From assembly GCA_018985235.1 (NCBI GenBank), contig JADGIG010000002.1, positions 1 to 64,000 on the forward strand: a stretch of 64,000 bases of DNA. The letters run 5' to 3'. The DNA is from Sanchytrium tribonematis. Lineage: Eukaryota. The notes under the pieces are model-generated. The model did not search any database, was not told the DNA's origin, and saw only the letters and a list, made by a program, of their open reading frames with translations. The position numbers and the translations under genes are program-made. Below, piece after piece: positions 43,270-55,039 of this stretch; within the stretch, counting starts at the first letter, position 1; every line of letters starts with the position of its first letter.

Positions 43270-44664
43270 ATGCTCCCACCTTTTAGCTTCGATCAATTTT
43301 TGGCAGTCTTACAGTCTTATCCATACTATTCGGTCGTCCATTATATAAAATCCTTTTTAAAAGAATTTAATAAGAAAGAGTGGTCTGTTAATGACAAAAT
43401 TAAAATTATTAAAGATTTTAAACTTTTTATTCTGCCAAAAATGATGGAAATACATGCAAAAAACAAGGCTGTACCTGATCCGGACACTTTTTTCCTAGAA
43501 GGCCTAGACAAACTAATATGCACTAAATTATTCGACAAACTTTATTTAGCAAATGGAGTTGATGATAGATATAAAGACGAAATTTTGTATAAAAAATGTA
43601 TGTTATTCAGGTGGGTAGATTTAAATGCTTTAATGGATGCTGATATATATAAAGAAATCGAGAAGGGCCTTTTCAAATATGATGCAAGAGACAACCTTAT
43701 TGAAACGGAAAGCGAAATTAAAGTTCATAAACATGTGATATTCTCAAAGTATCTGGGGTTGTCTGAGACTGAATTGGTGAAAATTAATAATTACAAAGCC
43801 CCTCGTGATAAACTTATTTGTATTTTGAATTCCATCTATCTTCTAACTCATTGCATGACCAAGATTGGAGCCCCGACGCATCCTGATTATTTGTTGCCTT
43901 TAATAATTTTTGTAATTATCCAATCACGAATTAAAAATATTGTATCAAATGTGCAGTACATTTCAAGATTTAGAGACTTATCAGGAGAGTCTGATTATTA
44001 TATGGTTATGATGCATAGCGCTGTACAATACATCGATACTATGGATGACAAACAACTTAATATTTCCAAGGAAGAGTTCGACACTAAACTGAATCGTAGT
44101 TTATCTGAACTTGAAAATGAAATGACCCATACCCCCGAACCCCAAACTAAAAATTTGACGCAGCAGCCAAACAGCAATGCTAAATTTAAAGGCTTATCTC
44201 TTTTTTTGGGAAAAGTAGTGGAAAATGTTTTTTCTCCCTCTCAAATTTTAGAAAATGAAAATTTAAGAGAGGGCGGCGATGAAGATTCCCAAGAATTATC
44301 CGGGTCACCCCAAACTCCCTCTAAATCAGGATATTTGGCCGACATTACCCACATTTCACAAGAAGATAGATCTCGGGCGAGTTCAAATTTATCTTCTAAA
44401 CAGCATACTCAATTTCTATCCAAGCTTTCAAGAGAGGAACAAAGTTTGGTAATGGAGGATGATCTCCAACTAGCTTTGGCAATTTCACTATCTTTGAAAA
44501 GTGGAGATGAATCTACATCTGCCATCAATACCAAAAGTAACACAACTTTTCCGGAATTTGAGCTTAAAGGATCTTTTGATGACTGTAAAAATTTGGCGCC
44601 AGTCGTTACGAAAAAAGAAGAAAGCTATCTTATTGTCTTAGAAGAAGTTAAGTCTAACCAATAG
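43270..44664 (+). CDS. VPS9: Vps9 Rab5 GEF with C-terminal UIM
   Basis: KINNYKAPRDKLICILN, PDYLLPLIIFV, SNVQYISRFR, GESDYY; UIM EDDLQLALAISL. Confidence 0.88.
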   Translation: MLPPFSFDQFLAVLQSYPYYSVVHYIKSFLKEFNKKEWSVNDKIKIIKDFKLFILPKMMEIHAKNKAVPDPDTFFLEGLDKLICTKLFDKLYLANGVDDRYKDEILYKKCMLFRWVDLNALMDADIYKEIEKGLFKYDARDNLIETESEIKVHKHVIFSKYLGLSETELVKINNYKAPRDKLICILNSIYLLTHCMTKIGAPTHPDYLLPLIIFVIIQSRIKNIVSNVQYISRFRDLSGESDYYMVMMHSAVQYIDTMDDKQLNISKEEFDTKLNRSLSELENEMTHTPEPQTKNLTQQPNSNAKFKGLSLFLGKVVENVFSPSQILENENLREGGDEDSQELSGSPQTPSKSGYLADITHISQEDRSRASSNLSSKQHTQFLSKLSREEQSLVMEDDLQLALAISLSLKSGDESTSAINTKSNTTFPEFELKGSFDDCKNLAPVVTKKEESYLIVLEEVKSNQ

Positions 44665-45325
44665 TTTTTATTCTAAAGCTAGGATACTCATGTATTACAA
44701 TAGATTCTCCTGGTAATATGCCATAAGTTAGAGCATGGAAGATGGAATCTTCCCATCTTGCTTCGGGAACATTTATCCATCGTTTTAGATGTTGAACATT
44801 ATTTGTTACATGTTGATAGACATAAAATAGTAAAACTTGCGAGTCTTGTGATTTTAATTTTAATTTTTCTGTCAAAAAGAAAGCAACTGAGCACAAGCCA
44901 TCAATATCGTGAATTAATAAGTCCTTATCATTTAAATTAATCTTAATTGTCCAAAATAAGGAAGATTTTTTGACGTGAGTTAAATTTTGCATAGATACTT
45001 CTAGACCCAAAGGAGCAACTTTCCACGTTATATTAAACTTTTCGCAAATTTCTCTAATTTTACCAATTGGTCGCTTTCGCCTGCGTAAATTTATACTCTG
45101 CTTTTTCTCTTTTAAAGAGCTGCTAATGTTTTCCAGAAATTTACGGTCGTTGTGAGACTTCGACTTCCATTCACTTTTTTTAATAAATTGGATTTTCAAT
45201 TTCCGATTTCCGTCACATTTTTCTTCCGCTTTGTGCTTCACGACGCAATTGAGTGAACACGACTTTGCAGAACAAGCAGGGCAGGTGTATTTAGCCAAAA
45301 TATTTGAATGGAACACACAATGCAT
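44654..45325 (-). CDS. BCD1: Box C/D snoRNP assembly zf-HIT protein Bcd1/ZNHIT6
   Basis: KYTCPACSAKSCSLNCVVKHK...CDG; D..FL; LFWTI; IHEYP. Confidence 0.8.
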   Translation of the reverse strand: MHCVFHSNILAKYTCPACSAKSCSLNCVVKHKAEEKCDGNRKLKIQFIKKSEWKSKSHNDRKFLENISSSLKEKKQSINLRRRKRPIGKIREICEKFNITWKVAPLGLEVSMQNLTHVKKSSLFWTIKINLNDKDLLIHDIDGLCSVAFFLTEKLKLKSQDSQVLLFYVYQHVTNNVQHLKRWINVPEARWEDSIFHALTYGILPGESIVIHEYPSFRIKTIG

Positions 45326-45342
45326 TCCGTGTTTGACAACAT

Positions 45343-45768
45343 TTATTGATCATTCCCTTTAACCCCACGGTTATGATTGACAAAGTTGAAAACAGGGAAA
45401 ATAGAAAGAAGAAGCTGAGAGTTTTTAGTGTTTCTGTAAGCAACACTTGATAAATGCGGCTCTAAAATAGATTGCTTATGAAACCAATTTTTATGCAACT
45501 CCTGCTCTCTTACATTTTCCTTTAGACCCCATATTCTAAATGTGCTATTCTGATAAGATATCAAAAATCCACCAAAAAGACCAAATAAACCACCCCAAAA
45601 CAATGCCTTTTTATAATTTTTAATGTTTTCCACTTTTTGCCAGCCCGCCATCGAGGCAACACTAATAGCTGAACCCCCGATTGTAGTTAGATAGTCCACG
45701 GGTCTGAAAAACTGGACAACTTTGTAAAATGTTGGATCTGCATCGAGTTGCGGATATTCTGTTGCCAT
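45343..45768 (-). CDS. Complex I 20.9/21-kDa accessory subunit (NUXM)
   Basis: YPQLDADPTF..V..FFRPVDY, FLISYQNSTFRIWGLKENVRE, FPVFNFVNH. Confidence 0.85.
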   Translation of the reverse strand: MATEYPQLDADPTFYKVVQFFRPVDYLTTIGGSAISVASMAGWQKVENIKNYKKALFWGGLFGLFGGFLISYQNSTFRIWGLKENVREQELHKNWFHKQSILEPHLSSVAYRNTKNSQLLLSIFPVFNFVNHNRGVKGNDQ

Positions 45769-45909
45769 TGTAAATCAAATCAAACAAAGGAGAAGTATAA
45801 AGATGTAAATATATTATATTCGTGTTTAAGCTGTAAGAGAATTCGCAGAGCAACAAATTAGGTCTTTAAGAAGTTCGATCAGTTGGGTAAGGGATTTATA
45901 TTTTGAAAC

Positions 45910-46416
45910 ATGAATTCTAAATTGGAGCGACTTCGTAACAAGTTAAATTCAGAGAGGTCTCATATTCGAGGTCAATTTTTCCTTCCTAAGGCCAGTCCGA
46001 TCAACTTTGTAAAAGTCAACTTTGACCATATTCGTCAAATTTCAATTAAATGCAACCGAAATAGAAAAGAATCTCATACTATTCCGAAAAATTCAAGATA
46101 TTGTAAAGTTCAATCGAGATACCTAAATTCGACAAACACGGTAAAGGAATCTAAGTGTGATTCTCCAATAGCCCTAAAACCAATACATAGATTGGGCTAT
46201 CTTCCAAATAATAACTGCCAACAGCAACAAGCAATTTTGCCGAAAAAAAATATTAAGCCATCAAATTTGCAACTCAAGTCCCTGATAGATATCGAGAAGC
46301 AAATTATAAAGGAAATTGCTCACACAAAAAGCGAGGTTCGCAAGAAAGAATTACTATTAAGGCTCGCCGACATACATTTGCAAATGATTGAGATGGAGAA
46401 AAGCCCTTGGAAATGA
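45910..46416 (+). CDS. Basic protein, possibly enkurin-domain-like
   Basis: 'NFVKVNFDHIRQI', 'GYLP' and terminal 'RKKELLLRLADI' loosely resemble enkurin/ENKD1. Confidence 0.35.
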   Translation: MNSKLERLRNKLNSERSHIRGQFFLPKASPINFVKVNFDHIRQISIKCNRNRKESHTIPKNSRYCKVQSRYLNSTNTVKESKCDSPIALKPIHRLGYLPNNNCQQQQAILPKKNIKPSNLQLKSLIDIEKQIIKEIAHTKSEVRKKELLLRLADIHLQMIEMEKSPWK

Positions 46417-46481
46417 TTAACCTGTCAATAAAAGATTGAACACAATCACAATTTTAGACTCAAAATATTTTCCTCCGTTTC

Positions 46482-47802
46482 ATGACACCCAAATCTTTGA
46501 TTAAAGTTCAATCTGTAAGTTCGGGGAGCTTCAAATTTGCGAGGGAAGTTGCAAACGGTATACTTTCTTCTAAGAAGAAGGAGGAGTATTTTCCGAACGG
46601 GTTTTCAAAATTCATGGACAGTTTATTTTTAAATCCTTCATTTCAAATAACTGTTGTGCGGGAACTCGTATTTTAATTTGACTTAGGAGAGCCTTTTGAG
46701 TGACCCGGTAAAAAGAAATTTGGCAAAGAAGTACGACTTGGAAGAGCTCAGCCTTAACATTGATATTGACGATGAATCTAAAAGGGGGCATGAATTTCCT
46801 ATAATTGACAAAGAATTCCTATACCCGAAAGATTTGGACCTCAGGTTTCAGAGAGAATTCATTTCTAGATATTATCCACAACACCTACCAAAAGAAGATA
46901 AATATCTCACTCCAGATGGTAGGTACCACCCCAAAATGCTAATTTATAAACTTAAAAACAAATCATCGAAAAAGTTTTTGATGTATTTTTCAGGTGGTGC
47001 TTTTTTAATGAATCACCACACTATGTTTATGCATTTTCCAAAGTACTATCCCGAATATAATCTTGTTTTTGTGCAATATGGAATGTCTCCTGAATTTTCC
47101 TATCCGCGCGGAATTATTGATGCCATTGATGCCTATCATACAATTTGCACAAAATATTCACCAGAATCGATTGTTTTAATGGGAGACTCTGCTGGCGGAC
47201 ATTTGTCTCTTCAAGTAGCAGTTTATGTAGCTTTAAATTTTGAAAAAGACTACAGGGAAGAAGATGAAGCAATCGGCAGAAGTACTCGAAACCTGAGCAC
47301 GTTCTACCTAAAACCAGCATGTTTGGTACTTTTATCTCCTTGGACAGACATGACTTTAGAAGGCAGATCAGTTGAATATAATGGCAAGAATGACTCTATA
47401 AAGCCAAGTTTTGGTCTTCACAAATTTCGAGAGCTGTACCTGGGGCTTCCTTTAGAATCTAATCCTGAAAGAAAAGAATTACCTTTTATCCAAGCAGGTG
47501 AAAATCATTTCAGGACCATGCCCATGCTCACGGATGAAGATTTAAAAAGACCCCAATTTAGTCCCTTTTACTATGATAAAGAAATTTTGGCACTTCTTCC
47601 TCCAATTAACATTCAGACTGGTGATAAAGAAATACTACTTTCTGATAATGAGTCGATGGCTCTGAAATTAAAAGAAATCAAAGTTGATTGTAAATGGTCT
47701 GTTTACCCATTTCAAGTGCACATGTGGCAATCATTGCCCTGGATGGAAACGACTAAAGGAAGTTTCGAAGAAGGAAGACTATTTGTTAAAGAACATGAGT
47801 AA
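46482..47802 (+). CDS. Alpha/beta hydrolase (HSL-like esterase); exons 46482-46667, 46687-47802
   Basis: YFSGGAF, GDSAGG, LLSPW, E-I-L-L-S-D, H-M-W-Q. The upstream ATG exon joins via a 19-nt intron. Confidence 0.88.
46668..46686 (+). other. 19-nt GT-AG intron
   Basis: GTATTTTAATTTGACTTAG. Phase 0; supplies an ATG exon to an ORF that otherwise has no ATG for about 80 codons. Confidence 0.88.
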
Positions 47803-47807
47803 ATTTA

Positions 47808-50318
47808 TTATTTGTCTTTCGCGTCTCTCAGCTTGTTTTTAATATATTGTTCAAGAGTGGGTGGTGGTGGATTCGCATATACCAAGGGTGGGGTATTAGG
47901 TTTCTTAGTTTCCAGCTCACCATTTGCCAGCGTATTGAATGCTGGCAGATTATGTGAAGCATCAAATGAGAGCGACGGTAGTTGTTGTGAGTCCACATTT
48001 TTTGAGAATCCCAAGGTAGGAAGTGGTTTTTCCTCCTTTATGCTAGAAACCGAAGTATAGAGAGGCAATTTATCAGGTGTGTCGGAATTTTCAGCAATAG
48101 AATTTGTGGGCAAATTAATCTGTGGTGGATTTGTCATATTTGTCATACTAGGCTTCAAAGAGTTACGGAGCTGTGAAAGTGCTTGTATAGTCTCTGAAGG
48201 AGGCAGACGCTGTTCTGGAACTGGGCCCTGAAATCGCTGTTGAAGTGATGCTCGACGGAGCAAATTTGCATTGGCATAATCAAATTGAGTTCTCAGTAGC
48301 TCATCCGGAGACCGTTTCATGATTTCGTGTATATTTGAACTTAATCTTTGATCATCAAGATCAATAGGAATCTCAACAGCTTTTTTCATTCTGGATCGCT
48401 TCTTCTTCCTCGCTTCTTCCAACATTGAAGCTGTAATTTGAGGAAGAGAAGGAGGAGTTTTCGGTTCCTGCAAATTATTTTCTCTAAAGCTATTAAAATA
48501 GTTTTTAATCTGAGTGGGGCTTTTAGAATAATCCATGTATTTCGAAAGTTCCTCCCAATTTTCGCCACAAACATTTAAAGCTTCATTGAATAGAGATTTG
48601 TCGTCCGCAGTCCAGTAACTCGATTTCAAAAATGTTCGAGGGACCTCCGCATTTGTGATCGTCTCAACTGCTGGTGGCAAAAGAAGTTGCTCAGGCTCTA
48701 AAGAAGGTGTTGCGACAGGCGTGTTGGAATGGTCGCTTACGGTTCCAGCGTTCTCTTCTTCTTTTCGCTTACGACGGGAATTATAAAAGAAGGTCCGAAT
48801 GTGTTGCTCTGTTTTAGGCGTGCCTGTGTTTTTTTCATTTATAATGTCTGTTATTTTTTTAAAATCTCGACCAAAATTATCAAATGCATCAAACGCTACC
48901 GCTTTCTCCTCGTCCGTCCACTTGATGGTAGTTTTAATTTTTTGACGCCGTTTTTCATCATCGTTTTCAATGTTTGACTCTGGTTTTCCAATTTTCTTTC
49001 GCTTCCGTCTAAGAGCCGGAAATCGATATTTTAAATAGTAATAAAGCTCAATGGTTTCTCTTCGAGACAGTTCCAGCTCTTTGGATATAGTATCAAAATC
49101 TTTGCCATGTTCTTGGTAAAGTTGTACGAATTTGGCTGTAATTCCTGGTTTTTTGGACGAAAGAATCCCAAAAATATGATTTCGATGACGAAGAAATGGA
49201 TTTTTAATAACAAAGCCATCATAGTTCGCACAATTATGCATTCGGGATATGTTTTTAAACAAACTTACAAAGTCTGAGAAATTAGAGTTAACCTCAGCAA
49301 AATGTTCCATAATATAGACATTGGATTGTTTTTCTAAAAAAAATTGAGGCAAGACATTTAGTATTTTCATAGGTGGTACGTTGGCAGAGCCTTGTGATAT
49401 TCGAGTAGGATCTTCCCATTGGGACGCAATCTGAATTTTAGCCAAAATTTCTTGAAATTCAATTTCAGTGGTGGTGTTTTGTAATCTTGGGCCACTGGCT
49501 TCAATGTTGGGAAGCTCAAGCTCAGATTTTCTTAGCTTCTGAGAGAGCCTATTTGATTCTTGAAATTTTCTACCCAAAAAAGTTATTTGACTCAGGTTTT
49601 GCTCATAGTTTTGGTGAATATAGCTTAAAATGAAGTGATTGAGCGATGAGCGGTATATTTCGTTTACAGGATCAGTAGTTGCATCTGCATTTGGGGGGTT
49701 AAATTTTTCCATCGTAACTTTCTGAGAAACTTTGTTCTCGATCAAATTATGGTTGTTACTCAGAGCTGATACTTCCTCCTCAATATCAAGTTCATTCTGC
49801 AGGATTTTAATTGCAAATTCTTGCTCTTTTGGATTCAATATGTGAAAGGAAGATTCAAATATAGATAATACTGGATGGCTAAATCCAACCCTCGCACTAG
49901 TCATTTGGGCCCTAGAAGATGACTTGGTCTGAAATTCAGGAATTGGAGACTTTAATTCTTGTATTTTTTGATCGATTTTTTCCATTTTTGCGATCAAATC
50001 AAAAGGTTGTGCCAAATCGATGTTTGAAGAAATTTTTTCTTCTTTGGAATCTTCTTTGGAATCTTCTTTGTCGGGTTTGAAGGTTTCTTCAATTATCTCG
50101 CCTTCTTCCACAGACTCTGCTATAGAGCTTGTGTCCATTAGATCCTCGTGGGTGTGTATATTTTCAAACAATTCCTCTTCCTCAATATTTAATTCATTCA
50201 AAATTGGCAATGTGAAATATCTTGTTGAACCTTTAGCGGCACTTGGCCGAAGGAAATCTCTCAAATTAACAGGAGCAATTATTCTGTCCACTGTAAATTT
50301 CCGAGTGCCAAAATTCAT
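47808..50318 (-). CDS. Multi-SANT/Myb chromatin corepressor (Snt1/NCoR-like); start 50318 or 50375
   Basis: Three SANT-like repeats (FVQLYQEHGKDF...LYYYLK; WTDEEK...FGRDF; SYWTADDK...QIKNYF). Confidence 0.7.
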   Translation of the reverse strand: MNFGTRKFTVDRIIAPVNLRDFLRPSAAKGSTRYFTLPILNELNIEEEELFENIHTHEDLMDTSSIAESVEEGEIIEETFKPDKEDSKEDSKEEKISSNIDLAQPFDLIAKMEKIDQKIQELKSPIPEFQTKSSSRAQMTSARVGFSHPVLSIFESSFHILNPKEQEFAIKILQNELDIEEEVSALSNNHNLIENKVSQKVTMEKFNPPNADATTDPVNEIYRSSLNHFILSYIHQNYEQNLSQITFLGRKFQESNRLSQKLRKSELELPNIEASGPRLQNTTTEIEFQEILAKIQIASQWEDPTRISQGSANVPPMKILNVLPQFFLEKQSNVYIMEHFAEVNSNFSDFVSLFKNISRMHNCANYDGFVIKNPFLRHRNHIFGILSSKKPGITAKFVQLYQEHGKDFDTISKELELSRRETIELYYYLKYRFPALRRKRKKIGKPESNIENDDEKRRQKIKTTIKWTDEEKAVAFDAFDNFGRDFKKITDIINEKNTGTPKTEQHIRTFFYNSRRKRKEEENAGTVSDHSNTPVATPSLEPEQLLLPPAVETITNAEVPRTFLKSSYWTADDKSLFNEALNVCGENWEELSKYMDYSKSPTQIKNYFNSFRENNLQEPKTPPSLPQITASMLEEARKKKRSRMKKAVEIPIDLDDQRLSSNIHEIMKRSPDELLRTQFDYANANLLRRASLQQRFQGPVPEQRLPPSETIQALSQLRNSLKPSMTNMTNPPQINLPTNSIAENSDTPDKLPLYTSVSSIKEEKPLPTLGFSKNVDSQQLPSLSFDASHNLPAFNTLANGELETKKPNTPPLVYANPPPPTLEQYIKNKLRDAKDK

Positions 50319-50375
50319 CCTCCTTGTTTTGTTATGATCAATATTTATGTCAAGAAAATTTATAGTTTGTAACAT

Positions 50376-51377
50376 TTATTGACTGAGTGAAATCGATGAG
50401 CATGATTCCAAATCAGTAAATCTTTGATCTTCTGACATAAATGGTAAAAAAACTTTCTGTAAATTTCCATCAGCAACAATATGTTTCGCACTCAAACTAA
50501 TATAGTCATGAATCATAGACCAATCGATTCTTGTATTGTATAGCTCCATAAACTTTGAATTGAGAGTAGTTATAACTTTCACATCAAGATAGTAATACTT
50601 TAATTGAATCTTGCGAACTTGTTTACGAGGACCGCTAATAAATAACAAAACATTATCTCTTCCGGCGACCAACTTATCTATACACTTTAAATTAAGTTTG
50701 TCTTGCAATTTAATTGCAATGGAATAAAATTTGGAATCCTGTAAAACTTTTTGGTAGAGAAGGATTGAGGTTTTCAATTCCTCAGTTAAAGCAGACATCT
50801 CAAACAAAACATAATTGGTTATTTCTGCAGCAATATTATTAGGTATCTCTAAAAGTGGAATCTGCAAGTCTTTCAATGGAAGATTCGGATCAATACTTAT
50901 TATCATGTCAGAAGTCTCAAATAATTGCTTTGCTTCATTTACGGTACCGTAAATTCCCTTGAGTTTCTTAGTGGGGACCTTTGAAGGTAGAATCAATTTG
51001 TTCAAAAGCAGCTCACGTTTTGAGACCATTCCGGCCAAAAATGATTTGACATAGTAATTAAGAAGAATGATCCCATGATGCCCTTTAACATCTACTGCAA
51101 TATATCTAAATTTTTCAGATTGCAAGTAAATCTGCATTAATGGCTTGATTTTTGATGTGAACTTGGTATCGATTGTCAAAATATTCAATTCCTTAATTAA
51201 AGATATCATTTTTGATGGAAGAACAAACTCGTTGTTGTCGCTGCACCATAATTCATTACATGTGGGAAATTGCCTAAATTTTGGAGACGCGAATTCGACC
51301 TTGATTTGATGATGTCTATAATGCACAAACAATCCGGTAAATGTTAAAAAGGTACTGGCAAGAATAATATTATGCAT
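50376..51377 (-). CDS. Hypothetical protein with N-terminal hydrophobic segment
   Basis: 333-aa ORF; no family recognised. Confidence 0.55.
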   Translation of the reverse strand: MHNIILASTFLTFTGLFVHYRHHQIKVEFASPKFRQFPTCNELWCSDNNEFVLPSKMISLIKELNILTIDTKFTSKIKPLMQIYLQSEKFRYIAVDVKGHHGIILLNYYVKSFLAGMVSKRELLLNKLILPSKVPTKKLKGIYGTVNEAKQLFETSDMIISIDPNLPLKDLQIPLLEIPNNIAAEITNYVLFEMSALTEELKTSILLYQKVLQDSKFYSIAIKLQDKLNLKCIDKLVAGRDNVLLFISGPRKQVRKIQLKYYYLDVKVITTLNSKFMELYNTRIDWSMIHDYISLSAKHIVADGNLQKVFLPFMSEDQRFTDLESCSSISLSQ

Positions 51378-51432
51378 TCAGTTTGAGAACTTTACGTATC
51401 AATCACATGAATGCTATATTCCGTCCTGAATC

Positions 51433-52260
51433 ATGGGGCGCGTTATGTCAAATGACACGACGGACTTAGATATTCAAACCATTCTTAATTTTTCCTTACT
51501 ATTGGGAAATTTTAAGATTCTTACCTTTGGTAATTTGAGTGAACTCATTTTCAAGCTAACTCAAAGCGTGCCGGACCCTTTATACAAAAAACTATTGTAT
51601 GGGAAAGACAATAAGGAAGTACAATTAGCCGTAGGAACTGAGCTGCTAATTGTAAAGCATGTGATTTTGGACAACAAATTTAGTTTCTTGGTGCTTGTCA
51701 ATTCCAAAATATGCAATAACATAAACGATAGATTCAAATTTTTATTGTATCCTGGCTTGTCTATCAGTGAACACCATATTGAACCGCTTTACAGAGCGGC
51801 ATATAATGAAGAATTACCAACGGATTATAAGAGTCATTTTTGCCTTAAAAGCATCTCAGCATCTAGTTCTACAAACTTGCTTTCTCCGAAACCCGATTTT
51901 CAAGACCAAATGTATCACGAATTGCTCAAGGAAATCGATTTTATTTCGAATTTTATTTCAAATAATGATCCCTCTGATGTTACTGCACTGCAGCAATCAT
52001 TGATTTTGGCTAAATGTTTTGTTGAAAAAGTCCCCGAAAGCTGGATTTCTTCTTTCCGAAATGATTATCACAGAAAAGAAATTTGGAATTTCCCTTCAAC
52101 GATCGATTGGGAACCGTTACTAAATACAGTTGTGAATATTAATTTACCAGCTGGTTTTAAATTGTTTACACTTAAAGTCAATAAATTATCTTCCAATTTC
52201 CGACAAGCCTCGTCATGTCAGATTCGAAATTCTTTTCTAAAACAAAAGTTCATGAGTTAA
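51433..52260 (+). CDS. Hypothetical protein
   Basis: 275-aa ORF overlapping the next gene by 46 nt. Confidence 0.5.
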   Translation: MGRVMSNDTTDLDIQTILNFSLLLGNFKILTFGNLSELIFKLTQSVPDPLYKKLLYGKDNKEVQLAVGTELLIVKHVILDNKFSFLVLVNSKICNNINDRFKFLLYPGLSISEHHIEPLYRAAYNEELPTDYKSHFCLKSISASSSTNLLSPKPDFQDQMYHELLKEIDFISNFISNNDPSDVTALQQSLILAKCFVEKVPESWISSFRNDYHRKEIWNFPSTIDWEPLLNTVVNINLPAGFKLFTLKVNKLSSNFRQASSCQIRNSFLKQKFMS

Positions 52261-55021
52261 AAGCAGAATTGTTGGATAATAGAGACACCAAAAACACCAG
52301 AAAGTTGTCTGCTTTGCAGAAAATATTAGCTAATATGACAATGGGACAAGATATGTCCTTACTTTTTAATGAAGTGATTAATTGTCTAAGTTATAACAAC
52401 ATAGAAATGAAAAGGCTAGTTTATTTATATTTACAGCACTATGCTAAGCAGAAGCCGGATCTAAGCATAATGGTCATGAACAGTCTCACTAAAGATATCC
52501 AAGACATTAATCCTTTAGTTCAAGTGATGGCACTTAAAACAATTCCGTTTATTGCGAGTGACAAAACAACCAATTCCTTCACGGATGTTCTGAGAAAAGC
52601 CCTGCAGGAAAAGAATCCATATGTAAAAAAATCAGCTGTTATGTGTGTCGTCAAAATAACTCATTCTTTGGCTTTATCTGAGTCCGACCAAGACAAAGAA
52701 TGGGTTATACGAGAGGGTTTGTTGGATATAGTGAGATCATTGGTTCATGACCCATCACCTGCAGTTATGACTTGCAGCTTGACAGCAATTTCACAGATAT
52801 CTGAAGTTGTGCAAGACGTTAAGTTAGAAATCGATTTTGTTACAGCATCCAAAATTGCCACTGCATTAAATGATTGTATTGAGTGGCATCAAATCCAGGT
52901 TTTAGAATACCTTTTGAATTTTATTCCAGGAACAGAGGAAGATGCTCTAAGTATTTCAGATAAAGTTGCGAATAGACTTCAGCATTCGAATAGCGGGATC
53001 GTTTTAGCAACAGCTAGACTAATACTGTATCTTTCAAATTGGTTCAAAGAGGTTGAGACCAAACAAATCTATGTTAAAAAAATCTTGTCCCCTATGATTA
53101 CTCTTTTAAATCATTTCCCAGAGGTTCAGTATGTAGTTTTGAAAAATATTTTGCTAATAATTCAACAAAACCCAACATTTCTAAGTGGCTCTCAATATGT
53201 GAAATCCTTTTTTGTAAAATACAATGACCCAATTTATGTTAAACTCACGAAACTTGAAATTTTGGTACGCATAGTCGACGAAGAAAGTGTACCTCAGGTT
53301 GTGACTGAGTTAAAAGAATATTCTCAAGAAGTCGACATTGAATTTGCACGAAAGTCTGTAAGAAGTATTGGAGTTTGTGCCATGAAAGTGGAATCTATGG
53401 CATCAAAGTGTATCAATGCCCTGGTGGAACTAGCAAAAACTCAGATCTCTTATATTGTACAAGAGGTGATAGTAGTTATGAAAGATCTATTTCGCACATA
53501 TCCCAACAAATATGAAGGCCTTATTTCGCAACTATGTGAACATCTTTCAACCATAGAAGAGCCAGAAGCCAAAGCCTCTATGATATGGATCGTTGGTCAG
53601 TATTCTGATAGAATTGAAAATTCACTTGATGTATTGCAAGAATTTTACAACAAGTGGGATGAGGAACCTTACATTGTAAAACTGGCAATATTAATAGCAA
53701 TTGTCAAATCTTTCTTTTACAAATCCAAAATATTTGAAGCTATTCTAAAAGATATTTTGAAAAAATGTTCAGAAAGTTGTGAAAATCCAGATATTAGAGA
53801 CAGAGGTTTAATGTATTGGCGAATGATCTCAAAAAATCCAAAACAAGCAAAATCAATCGTGTTGAAAGAGAAGCCGGCTGCAAATATTGAAACGGCTGAT
53901 CTCGACGAAAATTTAATAATGGAGCTGATATTCTATTTTGGGACACTGCCCTCAATCACAACAAGAACCCCAAAGAGCAAGATTAAATACAAGCGGAAGG
54001 GAAAAGGTTACATTGGAAATGAAGACAATGGTCCGCTTCAAGTAAATCTTGCCTCGATTGAAGTGGACGATCGAGAGGTATTAAGCCCTGACGGTGGCTT
54101 TATGGTGTCCCCTGTTGATGAGTCCAATTTTCTGAACAAGTATAATCAATACTACGATACAAATTCCAATTCACCAGCTAAAACTAGTCCATCTGAATAT
54201 TTTTTACCACAGGATAATGGTCCAACTATTACCACTACTAACGACGATTCTGGTGAAGACGATATTGATCCAAGGGACATTTCGTCAACAAAAAGTATAA
54301 GAAGTGTTCCGTCAATTAGGAGAGACATTTGGCTCACTTCAGACATCGGCAATGGTTTGTCAATAGAAGGTTATTTCACAAAGCAAAGCAGCTCACTTAC
54401 TGCCAATATGTCAATTACTAATATGACTATCTCTCCAATCCAAAATTTTGCATTATTTTTCGATAAAAATCATTTTGGTTTAAGTCCGTCTGTCATTCCA
54501 AATGCCAATCTACCTTTAGGTCAAACGGCTGATTTCAAATTTGAAATTATTATAAATCCAGCCAAAGTTCTCAAGAAAGATACTTATGATAATTTTAATG
54601 TGCTTAAAGCCGCCATATCGACAAATAAGGGTAGTACTGTTTTTAGTATCAAAGTACCGTTAAAGTATTTGACTCTAGTTGCACCACTTCAATTAAATTT
54701 TGAGAAATTTATATTGGAGGCAAAAGAATTGGCTACACAAGGTCTTCCTTTGATCAAGTCACAATTTCCAATTCCAGTTATAAAACAAACAATTCCTAGC
54801 TTTGACGAGTCGGGCCTTTATATAGTGAACACCAATGAATCAAACGTATGTTTACATTTACTTAGGGAATTATTTTGTATATCCATGCAGTGTTATTAGA
54901 TGGAAACAAATTTTACTGGATCTTACAGTCTTCAAATAATCAAACGACAGTTAGTATGAGATCAACCGCAAAGTACGCGAATGAGTCTTTCAACACTACA
55001 TTCTGGTCTGATGTCTTGTAA
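52215..55021 (+). CDS. AP-1/AP-2 beta-adaptin; exons 52215-54845, 54866-55021
   Basis: MKRLVYLYL, FFVKYNDPIYVKLTKL, NPDIRDRGLMYWR and an appendage domain. Confidence 0.92.
54846..54865 (+). other. 20-nt GT-AG intron
   Basis: GTATGTTTACATTTACTTAG fits TNAYNYAG. Splicing adds 51 open codons resembling the appendage platform, ending at TAATAAA. Confidence 0.8.
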
Positions 55022-55039
55022 TAAATTTTATTATAATTT

